Positions 10,984 to 22,670 of a stretch of 64,000 nucleotides of DNA are shown piece by piece. Source of the stretch: Squalus acanthias (Eukaryota). Each line of letters opens with the position of its first letter. The first letter of the stretch is position 1. The notes under the pieces are model-generated. The model was given only the letters and a program-made list of their open reading frames with translations. It had not been told where the DNA came from and did no database searches. Position numbers and translations under genes: made by a program. The stretch lies in assembly GCA_030390025.1 (NCBI GenBank), contig CM059431.1, positions 122,204,001-122,268,000 of the forward strand, written 5' to 3'.

Positions 10984-12920
10984 GAAAGAAAAAAGAAAGG
11001 AACTTGCATTTATATAGTGCCTGAGGTGTAAAGTTTCGCAATTATCGCGATTCGAAATAACGAGATAGAAGCAGATTCGTTTGAGCAGTTTATTTAAACG
11101 AAATGCTGTCATGATTAAACAAGACACAGAAGCCTGTAAAATGGCCACCGCGCATCGTGGCAGAAGTTTCCAGAAGCACGGTGGGCAGACAAGATGGCGT
11201 TCGAATAAATATTTTCGATAAGCACTGATAAAGACAGGATGCAACCTGTTTGCATTTGTGAAAATAGCAAAAGATATGAGTGCTGGAATCGTTTTCCATG
11301 CACAAGTAAGGACCATTGTACTGGGCAATCGAAGGTCCATCCAGACACATCAATACACAAATACCCCCACGGCTCTACAATGAGAGAGCCATTCACGGGT
11401 GATTAAGTCAGTATTCGAGGAGGCCCCAAAACCAGTCAGGGAGACTCCTAGCCGGTTCGACAATGGGGAAAACATTAACGGATAGTTGGCCAGCTTCAGG
11501 TGCTACCGATCCCCGTTAAAGGGAAGAATCGCCCCATGCTGGGAGTTTTGTGCACCAGTATTACACAAAGGACAAACATTAAAATTTGAGCGGGAGATAA
11601 GGGAACACAGCACTATAACTATAGTGAACAAACGTCCATCGGCCTCTTATTTCTCTCGGCTGGCTCTTAGCTCTTATTCGCTTGAACCGACACTTATCTC
11701 TCCTATCCTTATCCTCGGGTATCGCTCTGCTGGACGAGCAGCCTTCTGTGTTTTCTCTGGACTCTGTCGACTAATGTTGGGTGGAGCTCAATCGGGACGA
11801 GCCGCCTCGACGGAGGGCGCGTAACCAGGGTGCACCATCCCGAGTGTCGGTAAACGGTGTTCTGGACCCGAAGGCCCGAAAAGACAAGACAAGATGAGAA
11901 GAGAAGAAGAAGAGTCCACGTGCCGCCGCGGTCAGTAAACCCCGACCGCACCCGAAAATATATAGACCATTTTTGAACTCTATAGGTTGCTGCACGAACC
12001 AGTGAAAGACTCTTCTTCGAATTCTATCAACAACCGGTGTCGATACAAGAAGACTCTTCTTTGAATTCTACCGGTAACTGGTTTCGGTCCAGGAAGACTT
12101 TTCTTTGAGTTCTACAGCCGGGCCCGAGCACTGTCGAGTTCTTCATGACAACGGGGAGCCCAGCCTGCTTGCAGCAGCAGCGAAAGTAAACAAGTGGGGT
12201 ACAGAGACCCCTTCAAACACGTGACAGTCAGGCGCTGCAGCGAAACGAGCCGAGCGCCTCACTTTAAAATTCTCCAAAGTATCACGAGTGGTAAGCATGT
12301 TTCCCGATCCTACAAATCTAGATGTAGTGTAGGTATTGATAGGGGAGGGTGGTTTTATTAAGGATAAAGTATAATGTGTTCCCCTTTTTACGATGTGCCG
12401 TGCGTTCTTCATTACCATAGACCAAGCTTTATGAATGTATGTATACTTGTACTATCGTTAATTTGTGCCTATGACATGTACTTCATGATTTTGGACGCTA
12501 TGCAATAAAGATTTCCATTTCGTACTATTCAACCGGTTCTATTTGAGTTTTTCTCTGCATTACTGCTCTCGCACCTAAGTCCAGTGTTAGAACCGTAAGG
12601 GCGAGTGGGTCGAACCACTCACAGGTGCTTATTGCAACAAGGCTGGTCGGAGACCAGAGCAAGCAATAGTATTAGGCAACAAAGGCCTAACCCCGCACCA
12701 GCACCGTCTGCGATACAATCACGCCACCGAACCCCTTACACAGGGGAAACTCAAGACCTGAGTTTAATGTTTCACCCAAAAGACGGCACCTCTGATAGTG
12801 CAGCAGCCCCTCAGCACTGTATTGAAGTGTCTGCCTGGATTACATGCTCAAGTCATAGAGCAGGGCTTGAACCCACAACTTTCTGAATCAGAGGCAAGAG
12901 GGCTGCCATGAGCCAAGTTT
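10984..12920 (-). mobile_element. SacSINE1-like DeuSINE (tRNA head ~12860-12920, Deu core ~12755-12830, L2-type tail ~10984-11022), split by an LTR
   Basis: GGCTTGAACCC B-box; GTTTAATGTTTCACCCAAAAGACGGCACC core resembling the Deu domain; AACTTGCATTTATATAG tail. Confidence 0.6.
11027..12740 (+). mobile_element. Solo LTR (~1.7 kb)
   Basis: TGTAAAG...CCTTACA ends; near-TSD GAGG/CAGG; TATA-like motif at ~11957; AATAAA at ~12504; three internal AAGACTCTTCTT-GAATTCTA repeats; interrupts a SINE. Confidence 0.65.
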
Positions 12921-12952
12921 GACATATAGCCAATGCAATTATATTTTTCGAC

Positions 12953-13165
12953 AAAAAATGCTGGAAACACTCAGCAGGTCAGGCAGCATGAGTGGAGAGA
13001 GAAACAGAGTTAACGTTTCAGGTCTGTGACCCTTCGTCAGACCATATTTATAAACAATGCCTAGTTTCTGCTGAGTTCTGATGATCGTTTATGCCTGAAA
13101 TGCCAGCCATATAACGACTGACCCGCTGTGCATTTCCAGCATATTTTTTGGGTTTTATTTCCAGG
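12953..13165. mobile_element. Pair of oppositely oriented Penelope-like tails
   Basis: AATGCTGGAAACACTCAGCAGGTCAGGCAGCAT (minus-strand copy) and a degenerate plus-strand copy ending CATTTCCAGCAT. Confidence 0.7.
13007..13040 (-). ncRNA. Minimal type I hammerhead ribozyme core (Penelope-associated)
   Basis: Minus strand reads CTGACGA-A-GGGTC-ACA-GACCT-GAAACGTT; palindromic ACGT stem III; stem I is imperfect. Confidence 0.6.
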
Positions 13166-13262
13166 CATACATTAATCTATATATAAGTCACCATAGTGAA
13201 CTCTTACTTCACAGTGTACTCATACATTATATTCCAAAATGTTTTGAAAACTGAGGTATAAC

Positions 13263-14461
13263 GGCCCAAAAATTAGTCCCGCGACGCGAGAGTACGCACT
13301 GTGTACTCTCACGTATTCTGTCACCAATTGCCGGTTTTCTGCATGCACTGCGCATGCGCTGAAAACCAGCACTTGGTTTTTGGAAAAGGGGGCGGTTCCT
13401 CGGTGCACCGCGTGCGCGCTACAGGCTGCGCGCACGCTGTGCACTTAGTGCTTTGGACGCGCAGGTAAGGACGGAAGATTTTAGAAATGAAAAAAGGAGG
13501 AGTAAGACCCACTTTTAACAAGGTAAGTAGTGAATTAAGTATTATTTTGAATTTTTTTTAACAGGTATATCTTTTTTAGAGACTTTAAAGACAGGTAAGT
13601 TTATTTTTATAACTTTTTAAAAGATTTTAAATTTTTTCAAAAATTTAATTTTTTATTTAAAATGGTTAATTTATTTAACTATACTTATTTTATTAATGTG
13701 ATGGTTTTTTTTTTAATTTAATTTAGGTTTAGCTGTTATTTTGGGGGTGTGTAAGATTCATAGCTTTCACAGCACTTATGTGAAACTTATGAATGGAAGA
13801 TGGTGTGCTATGATGGTGGCATAGTGGTTAGCACTGGTGCCTCACAGCGCCAGAGACCCGGGTTCGAATCTGACCTCGGGTGACTTTCTGTGTGGAGTTT
13901 GCACATTCTCCCCGTGTCTGCGTGGGTTTCCTCCGGGTGCTCCGGTTTCCTCCCACAGTCCAAAAATGTGTGGGTTAGGTTGATTTGGCTATGATAAATT
14001 GACCCTTAGTGTTAGGGGGGATTAAATATGTGGGGTTATGGGGATAGGATGGGATATGTTAGGGGGAATTAAATACGTGTGGTTACGGGGTTACGGGGGT
14101 AGGGTGAGATATGTGTACTGTGGGGATTAAAGCAGGGACAGGGTACTGGATTTGGATGATCAGCCATGATCGTATTGAATGGCGGAGCAGGCTCGACGGG
14201 CCGAATGGCCTACTCCTGCTCCTAGATTCTATGTTTCTATGTTTCTATGTCTATGTTTCTATGTTTCTATTAGCTCTAACTGAGTCACGTGATCCCACAG
14301 CTCGCACGAATTCACTACGCCGGTGGGATACGCAAGCACTGCCCAGCTGATGTCTAGAACATCAAGTTCGTGCGAGCTGGATCTGAAAAAGCCAACGCGG
14401 AATGAGAGATCGCCAGGAAGCCTTACCCCCGCGTCAACACTCAGTCTTTAATTTCTGGGCC
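13263..14461 (+). mobile_element. MITE family A, copy 2 (interrupted by a SINE)
   Basis: GGCCCAAAAATTA...TAATTTCTGGGCC; flanks AAC/AAT; highly similar to 52840-53581. Confidence 0.9.
13815..14270 (+). mobile_element. HE1-like V-SINE (tRNA head, V domain, CR1-derived tail)
   Basis: A box TGGCATAGTGG; B box GGTTCGAATC; TGTGTGGAGTTTGCACATTCTCCCCGTGTCTGCGTGGGTTTCCTCCGGG core; CR1 tail with (TTCTATGT)n. Confidence 0.9.
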
Positions 14462-15678
14462 AATATCTCACCAAACAAATGTACAGCGTGCCTCAAGGGA
14501 CTGGCGATTGCAGGCAATCTTCCACCAGTGTGAGAGAAGCCTGTAACTCACCACCACTGCTGGCATAAGTTATTTATATGGCTATGACAAGAGTGAAAGG
14601 TCACCCTTACTGACAGTTCCCCAGCAAGTTATTCTTTTTATTCTGTGCTTGCCTTTCTTATTTTGATAAAAAGAGTTAATTTTAAAGAGGGAATGTGGGA
14701 AATGATTTAAAGATATCAATAACTACTGCATGCTTGAGCTCTTTGAATCTGCTTCACTCATTAATTCATGTCTGTTTATTTTAACGAGAAAGATATTCCA
14801 AACATGTATTCCTGAGGCATAATGCATTATACATTACAATATCTAATATATTAAATATTCATATCAGTTCTTTAGTAATACTATAACAGTACTGCAGAAA
14901 ACTTCTGCTGCTATATTAAGTGCTCCATAGGACTGGTAAGCACAATTTTGATTTTTAAAAAGTAAATATTGTGCTAAAGTGTGATATATTACATTACTAC
15001 ACCAGAAGGTGCCTGCACAACATGGCTTGTTTCATCTCATTATTCAAGTCAGCCAAATAGTAAACAAACACACTGGTATAAGATAATAGATGGTTGGCTA
15101 GTTATCGGCAATTTGTACTATCACTCTTTTTATGAAAGAAATCTCGGTAAAGGCTAAGACTCATCGGGAGCTATTTTTCTGCAGTAGCACTGGTAGTTTC
15201 GGCGCTAAAGATTCTACGAGGTGGCCAAGATGGGGACTTGAGCTGCAATGCCTGGTTAGCCCGCCTTTAGCACAAGGCGCCATCTTGGTAAAGGAGTTGA
15301 AGCGTGTGCTAGGAACGGCCGCCGCGAGGATGATTAAGCATCTGATTACCAATTAAATTGGCTCCTAATGCTCATTAAAGAAGCGTCATGCCATTTTGCT
15401 GGCTAGCACTGCAATTAACAACCTCTCTCAACAGTGAGTAGCTGAACAGGAGTAAAGAAGTCGTTCACTGTTCACTTGTTGCTGGAGATCGACTGAGTAC
15501 AATGCATTTGAAGAGGACTTTTGATACACATTGGGAGACTTTCAGTGACACATTGTCAAGACTTCGCCAACACTCTATCAACATTCCTTCCGGAAATTAT
15601 CTGAGGACTTCACCTAAAGAGTGAGTGCTGTGTTACTGTACCTCATTGAAAACCTTTTAGGAGTCAGCAGGAGAAAGG

Positions 15679-15955
15679 GTGTGGTTGGCCATGTGGATCT
15701 TGCTAGGGGTCCCCTTTGGTCTGGGAGAGGAATGGGAGGAGGAGATGAGGCCAGGCAGAGCAGCAACAGCTGCTGGAGGAGAGAGAGACAGGAGGAACAG
15801 GAGGGCGAGGAGGTTTGTGGTGACTTGCTGCATGCTCCACAATCAGGCGACCATGAGCGACAAGCCGTTACCACCTGCAGTTGTGCCAAAGGGTCACGTT
15901 CAGGAGCCACAAGAAGGGGAGGAGGAAGAAGAGGAGGTTGAGGGGGAAGATCAAG
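15679..15955 (+). pseudogene. HARBI1-like transposase remnant with the catalytic core deleted
   Basis: Arg-rich N-terminal segment (RRNRRARR) joined directly to FVVTCCMLHN and an acidic tail. Confidence 0.65.
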
Positions 15956-17305
15956 AAAGGAGGGAGAGAGAAAACAGGGAACTACAGACTAGTTAGCCTG
16001 ACATCAGTCGTCGGGAAAATGCTGAAATCCATTATTAAGGAAGTGGTAACAGGGCAGTTAGTAACTCATAATAGAATTAGGCAGAGTCAGCTTAGTTTTA
16101 TGAAAGGGAAATCATGTTTGACAAATCTATTAGAGTTTTTTGAGGATGTAACTAGCAGGGGAACCAGTGGATGTAGTATTTTTGGATTTTCAAAAGGCAT
16201 TTGATAAGGTGCCACATGAAAAGTTGTTGCACAAGATAAGGGCTCATGGGGTTAGGGGTAATATATTAGCATGGATAGAAGATTGGTTAAAGGACAGAAA
16301 ATAGAGAGTAGGAATAAACTGGTCATTTTCAGGTTGGCAGGCTATAGCTAGTGGGGTGTCACATGGATCAGTGCTGGAGCCTCAGCTATTTACAATCTAT
16401 ATTAATGACTTAGATAAAAGGAGCTGAGTGTAATGTATCCAAGTTTTCTAATGATACAAAGCTAGGTGACAAAGTAAGCTGTGAGGAGGACACAAAGAGT
16501 CTGCAAAGGGATACAGACAGGTTAAGTGAGTGAGCAAGAAGGTGGCAGATGGAGTATAATGTGGGGAAATATGAGGTTATTTACTTTGATAGGAAAAATA
16601 GAAAAACAGAATATTCTTTAAATGGTGAGAAACTATTAAATGTTGTTGTTCAGAAAGATTTGGGTGTCCTTATACAAGAAATACAGAAAGATAGCATGCA
16701 GTACAGCAAGCAATTAGGAAGGCAAATGGTATGTTGGCCTTTATTGCAAGGGGGTTGGAATGCAAGAGTAAGGAAGTATTGCTGCAATTGTACAGGGCTT
16801 TGGTGAGACCACACCTGGAGTACGGTGTACAGTTTTGGTCTCCGTACCTAAAGAAGGATATGCTTGCCTTAGAGGGTGGGCAACAAAGGTTCACTAGATT
16901 GATACCTGGGATGAGAGGATTGTCCTATGAAGAGAGATTGAGTAGAATGGGCCTATACTATCAAGAGTTTCGAAGAATGAGAGGTGATCTCATTGAAACA
17001 TATAAGATTCTGAGAGGGCTTGACAGGATAGATGTTAAGAAGCTGTTTCCCCTGGCTGGAGAGTCTAGAACTAGGGGGCATAGTCTCTGCCCAGAGGGCT
17101 GTGGATGCTCAGTCCTTGAGCATATTCAAGGCTGAGATTGATAGATTTTTGGACTCTAAGGGAATCAAGGGATATGGGGATAGTGCAGGAAAGTGGAGTT
17201 GAGGTCAAGGATCAGCCATGATCTTATTGAATGGCGGTGCAGGCTTGAGGGGCCATATGGCCTACTCCTGCTCCTATTTCTTATGTTCTTATCTTATGTT
17301 CTTAT
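15955..17305 (+). mobile_element. Degenerate 5'-truncated CR1 (RT and 3' end)
   Basis: [18 protein letters not shown]...RPHLEYGVQFWSP with stops and frameshifts; tail TTCTTATG repeats. Confidence 0.9.
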
Positions 17306-17672
17306 GGGACAAGGGGGAGCACGAGACGGTTCCAGGTAGACATCCTACACCTGGGAGGAACACTTGCCACAATCTAATTGAAGACTGCTTTTTAGAGAAG
17401 TCCTCCACCATCAGACTTTGGAGCATGCCTTACACTCCACGACTGAGGATCCATCAAGATATCCAACATCTGCACTAAATCCTTTCAAACCCTTCCCCAT
17501 GAAAAACACAATTAAAATGACCACTATTTCCACCACTATCTAATTACCATAATCAGTCTTTATCTAGAGTAAAAACAAACAATGAAAACATGACACAACC
17601 AACAGCATTTAAAAATATTGAAGTAATCAACCTGGTGCTTACCCTTAGTGCCTATCCTATAAGAGCTCTTGC

Positions 17673-19125
17673 CTACTCTGGTGCTCCCATGAAGTGCAAC
17701 CTGAGTGGCAGCAGCAGGCGAGGTGGATGGCTGCTGAGTAGCTGAAGAGGGCAGTTCAGGTGCCCTTGAGAGGCTGTGGGCCGTGATGACCTCGCCTCAG
17801 ACTGCAACACCTCAGCATGGGCTTGAGCAGTCTGGGCCGCCTGGCTGACAGGCAACGGCAAGGGCAATGGTGGAGTGGCGGAGGAGGGAGAAGCAATGCT
17901 GCTATCCGGATAGAAGCCAGTAGGTTCCTGCTCCATGATTCCCACGCCATTCCCTTGGGGCCTTGGTTCAGCCAGACAGTGATCTGCTGGAGGATAGCTC
18001 TCTGGGCAGCTGAGGCACTTTGCAAGCCTCTTATAACTGAGGTGACCAGAGCCACCATGGCAGCTGCCTGAGTTTCCAGTGCAGCACTTTGTCATTACAT
18101 GGAAGCTGTTTGGCGTTCCATGGAAGCTGCTGTGACTGCAGAGAAAGCTGCAACCTCAGTCATCAGATGTTGCATGATGTTGAGCTCCACAGGTCACTGT
18201 ATGGAATTGTTCAGCCTCTCCACACTGGAGAGGATGGATTCGAGGCTCTGTCTCAAGCCACGGGCCGAGCTGGAGGCGGACTCCTCCATTCCCCTAGCCA
18301 TTGCCTGTAAGCTTTCAGGCAGTCTGTCCATTGCACCAAGCATTTGGTTTGTCAAACCCATCAGCCCCTGCTCTGCCTGTTGGCACGGCGTCTGCCACTC
18401 CCCTCCCGATTATCACCAGCACTGCCTCCTCAAGGGGAGTGATCTCATGGAGTCGTGCTTCCCTTCCCCTGGTCAGGTACTGCTGGTGCCTATTATGTGC
18501 TCTTTTGTCCTTGAAGAGAAAGAATGGTGATTGTGAATGAATGTATTGGCAGGTGTGTTTGTGTGTGTTTGAAGCCTTAGAGGGTTGAAAAGCTGTGAGA
18601 TATGTCTGAGATTTGAGTAGTGCCTGTGAAGGATGCAATAGTGTGGTTTGCGTGAATGTCAGTGTATAGTTAGATGGTGGATACAGTATGTTGAGATGCT
18701 GATGCTGGTCATGGTGCATTCAGAAGTATGTTTGTGAGATGGGATCTTACCAATGTTCCCCTTTTTGGGGGGGGGGTGCGCGGCCCATTCATAGTTTTGC
18801 GCATGCGCCAAACTTTACATTGAAAAAGCCAGTCCAAGGCTGTGTTCACCTTATAGTGAACATTGGATCTTACCTTGACCACTCGTGTCAAATCATTAAA
18901 TTTTTTGCGGTACTGGAGCCATGTCCTGGGGGCAGTGCTCCTGGCTGTGACCTCCTCAGCGATCTCCTCCCACATCCGCCGCATTATTTGCCTCTGTGGC
19001 CTCTTTCCCCCCTGCAGGTAGAGGACATACATACTCCGCTGTACCTCCTCCACCAGGATCTCCAGTGCCGCCTCTGAGAACCTGTGAGCCCTCTCCCTCA
19101 GTCCCGGAGCAATCCTGAAATGTTC
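17673..19125 (-). pseudogene. Harbinger Myb/SANT-like DNA-binding protein gene remnant (spliced; exon 1 ~19125-18874, exon 2 from ~18510)
   Basis: RERAHRFSEAALEILVEEV...RTWLQYRKKFNDLTRVVK|gtaag; exon 2 DKRAHNRHQQYLTRG aligns with exon 2 of the gene at 20432. Confidence 0.8.
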
Positions 19126-19587
19126 CGTTGTGTGTCAGCCAGCGCACTCCACACCCTCAGTGGAGGCTACATATACCGCTCCAGGAAAGTTGCTCCTAAT
19201 CAGTAGGTCTCTGTTTTAGTGTCTCCTGGCACATTTAAATCATGGTAATCAGCAACTAGCCCCAAAATTGCAGGCCAAAACCAAACATTTAAACAGGCGT
19301 GTCTTATTGGCACAGCACCCACTTAGCACCTGTTTTCACCCTCTCCCCGTAAAAAAAGCAGAATATGAAAATGTGCACCTCCTGGGAAAAGAATTTCATT
19401 AGCAGGGCCAAAAACATAATCGTCCAATCACAAAACTCTAGTAAAAATGATCCTTTAACACTTTTCAATCAGCTGATATGGTAGTTAATGTGTATAAATT
19501 TTAAAAGTTCTTCAATCCGACAGGGATTTTTGTGTGCAGTAGCTCAATGAAAATGAAAAGTCCTGATTTCTCCAGGAAGCATTGTGT

Positions 19588-19772
19588 GGGGGGAAATTTG
19601 GCCTCAAGCGTTAGGACTAAACATGAGATAATGAATCGGCAGCCTGTTTTACACTCGTGCTATTTTCTTTTCCACAGAAGTGAATGGAAAAGAAAGTTGG
19701 GCAAGATGTAAAACTGACTGCCAATTCACTATCGGCCGTTTAGTGCTACCGCCTGAGATCACTTTCACCCCC
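19588..19772. mobile_element. Degenerate short palindromic MITE
   Basis: GGGGG...CCCCC ends; internal inverted symmetry (GAATCGGCAG...TTTTACA / TGTAAAA...CTGCCAATTC). Confidence 0.55.
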
Positions 19773-20431
19773 CTGCGTTTCCAACCTATGTGTTGTAAAA
19801 TGAGTTTGATGTGAATGTTCACAATTTCCTCTCACTCAACTACGCACTCCTCCTGATCCATAGAGTCACTTGCTCAAAAGTATTTCCTTTAACAGCAATT
19901 TTAGCACAAAATGTAAAACCTTGGTCCCAAAATCGTGCCATTATTAATTTAAGTAAAAGCGTAGAAATGAGTAAAAGATGGTGAATTACCATATATGTTC
20001 AAATCTGTTCAAATTCTCAAAGATAGGAGACTCGTCCTGTGAAGGTTTGTATTTAATGGAAAGAGACATCGGGGGAGAAATTCAGTATCGCCCCGTTTGG
20101 GGCGCGATTATTGACCGGGCGCAAAGTTTAGCGCCTGGCGCTAATTATCGCCTCCGACTGCAAACTTGGCTTTTATCGCCCCTGGAGGTGATTGGAGCGC
20201 TAAATCAAGCGCTACACACCTGACTTAAGGCGCAAAGGCCGAGGAGCAAGGCGCTAACTCAGAGCGCGGGCGCAGCGCAGGTGATGTCAGTTAGCGATGG
20301 AACACAGACACACTGGCGCCGGACAGTTCTTAAAGTGGAGGGTCGATCTTGCTCTCCAGCCACACCCTGCTCATTGGAGCCTTGAATCTCGGCTTGGAGA
20401 GACCTGGGACTACATTTTCCAGCCAAGGACT

Positions 20432-22360
20432 ATGGAGAGAGTGAGAGAACGAGCTCAGCGCTTCAGCGAGCGGGCCTTGGAGGTTCTGGTTGGCACGGTG
20501 GAGCGCAGAAGATCTATACTCTTCCCTGAGAGTGGCAGGAGGCCTTTGCCACTCGAGTACAGAAGAGTGTGGAGGGAGGTGGCTCAGCACATCTCCTCCA
20601 GGAGCATGGTGCCCAGGACCCATATACAATGTTGCAAAAAGCTCAACGACCTCACTCGGGTCGTCAGGGTGAGTGGCTTTTTTTCAATAACTCTCCATCC
20701 CTCCATTTCAATATCACTCTATGGCCAGAGGGTCTTAAAACCCCAATGCCCAACACTGATCCAACACCTATGGCCCGCTCATGAAACACACATGCGCATT
20801 CCACACCTTGCATAAAGTAAGGGCTATTCAACTATGGGATGCACATCAGGCAAAACCATGGCTGCTTACATTAAGGGATATTCAACTATGGGAGGCACAT
20901 AAGGCAAGACCATGGCTGCTTACATTAAGGGCTATTCAACTATGGGAGGCACATCAGGCAAGTCCATGGCTGCTTACATTAAGGGCTATTCAATTATGGG
21001 AGGCACATCAGGCAAGACCATGGCTGTATATCTACTCAGACGCCGTCCTTTTTCTTGCAGGCCAAGCTATCTTATAATAGGAGACAGCAGCAATGGACGG
21101 GTGGAGGGCGGCCTCAGCTGCAACCCCTCAGCGATCTTGAGGAGCGCGTCCACAAGATTGTGGCAAGCCGGGTGATCGGTCCCGTCGCCACTGGAGACGC
21201 CGACCCCGTTCTGGACAGCAATGGTACGGTCATCACCTTTTTCTCCTCTCTCATTCCACTTGTCCCTCACAACACCAGCCTTTGACACTTTCAATCCAAC
21301 TTACTAAATCGCTGCATTCATTCCTCCCTTACTGCCACCCTGTCCTCACGCTAAAACCACTCTTGTACCTCCCTGCTTTCAGATGGTGATTCACCTACTG
21401 AGGAGACGGGCCTTCAAGCTGCCAGTGGGAGTGAAGCTGTAGGCGAGGAGGAAGAGAAAGCCGGAGCATCAGCGCCACCCTCTCCCGAGGAAGCCCATGC
21501 CCACACTGGGAACACGTCTTCCCTGGAGGGGAGCAGGGGGGAAGGGTCTGATGAGGGTGAAGCTCCAGGACCCAGCGGGCTGCAGCAACGCGATGTGGCT
21601 AGGGAAGCTCGGGGGCCTTCTCCCCGGAGGGAGAGTATGCCAGCGAGTCCTACTGCACTGGACGCAGAGGAGGAGTGGCTCATCGCTGAAATGAACACCC
21701 AGGCGGTGCACATGCACACTCAGCTCATGGGTGCAGTGGGAAGGGTGCCCGAATGCATTGAAGCACTGGCAAGGAGTGTGGAGCACTTCGCTGTAGCACA
21801 GGCGGATGCCGCACTGAAGCTTAGTGCTGCAATTCAGTCACTGGCTGCTGTGACCCCATCTCAGACTGCTCTCATGCAGATTCAGATTGAGGTCCCGCAA
21901 GTACTGACTGCTGCCATTCTCGCTGGTTTGGACACATTTCCCTGGGGCTCTCACCGCGCCACAGCAGGCCAGCAATCTGTGCTCCAGCAGATTGCTCCGG
22001 ATGCTGATGTGCTGCCCCGTGGGAGTGCCAGTGTGTCGGTTGAGCAGGGAGTTGCTGTCCTCTCTCAAGATGACAGCATTCCTGCTGCCACCACTGTCAC
22101 TTCCCCATTTGCACTTGCCACCGCCTGTAGGACAGACTGCTGCCGCCCATGCAGAGCTGGTGCAGTCTGCAGTCGGGCCCTCCAGGCCCAGAGCTGGTCG
22201 AGGCCGTCCTTCAAGGGCATCTGCAGTCTCTGGTTCTGACAATCAGCAGCCTTCCAGCAGCCTTGCTGCAGCCACTGGGGCCCCATTACGGAGGAGCAGT
22301 AGGGTGGGAAGGGGGGAAGTGTGCAAGGGAAGGAGATCACCCTCGAAGGGCAAAAAGTAG
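20432..22360 (+). CDS. Harbinger Myb/SANT-like DNA-binding protein (NAIF1-type domain); exons 20432-20668, 21061-21223, 21383-22239 (or to 22360 if a frameshift near 22110 is corrected)
   Basis: MERVRERAQRFSERALEVLV...W..VA...KKLNDLTRVVR; GT-AG introns with compatible phases (0 and 1); open reading of ~418 aa. Confidence 0.8.
20819..21027 (+). repeat. 54-bp tandem repeat (~3.8 copies) in intron 1 of the Myb gene
   Basis: Unit AGGGCTATTCAACTATGGGAGGCACATCAGGCAAGACCATGGCTGCTTACATTA. Confidence 0.9.
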
Positions 22361-22670
22361 GAGGTGTGACGAAATGTTGGTCAATTTTTTATTAAAGGCC
22401 GAGGTTCGCGTTCAAACTTTTGTTTAGTGTTTTGGACATTATCTCCAGGTTGTGAGAACCAGTTATGTTAATGAATGATTTTTTGTGTTTGTTTCTATTA
22501 GTTTGTCATGAAGAAATGACACACACAGAGTTTGTAAAATAAATAATTTTTGTATTCAAAATGTACATGTTTGATCTTTGGACTCATTGCTGCCTTGGCC
22601 GGCTTAGGGGTTGCGGGTTGGTTTCATTCATGTTGTTCTCCGTGGCAGAAGCCATTTATTCAGCAGGGGC

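Larger units (their letters stand above)
15166..19382. mobile_element. Internally deleted Harbinger element (transposase remnant on +, Myb/SANT gene remnant on -), interrupted by a CR1; ends approximate
   Basis: Convergent FVVTCCMLHN transposase C-terminus and W..IA..V...RTW.Q.RKKFNDL Myb domain, as in 20071-27990. Confidence 0.7.

Noticed and set aside
13815..13885. tRNA gene
   Set aside because: It is the tRNA-derived head of a SINE and runs straight into the V domain.
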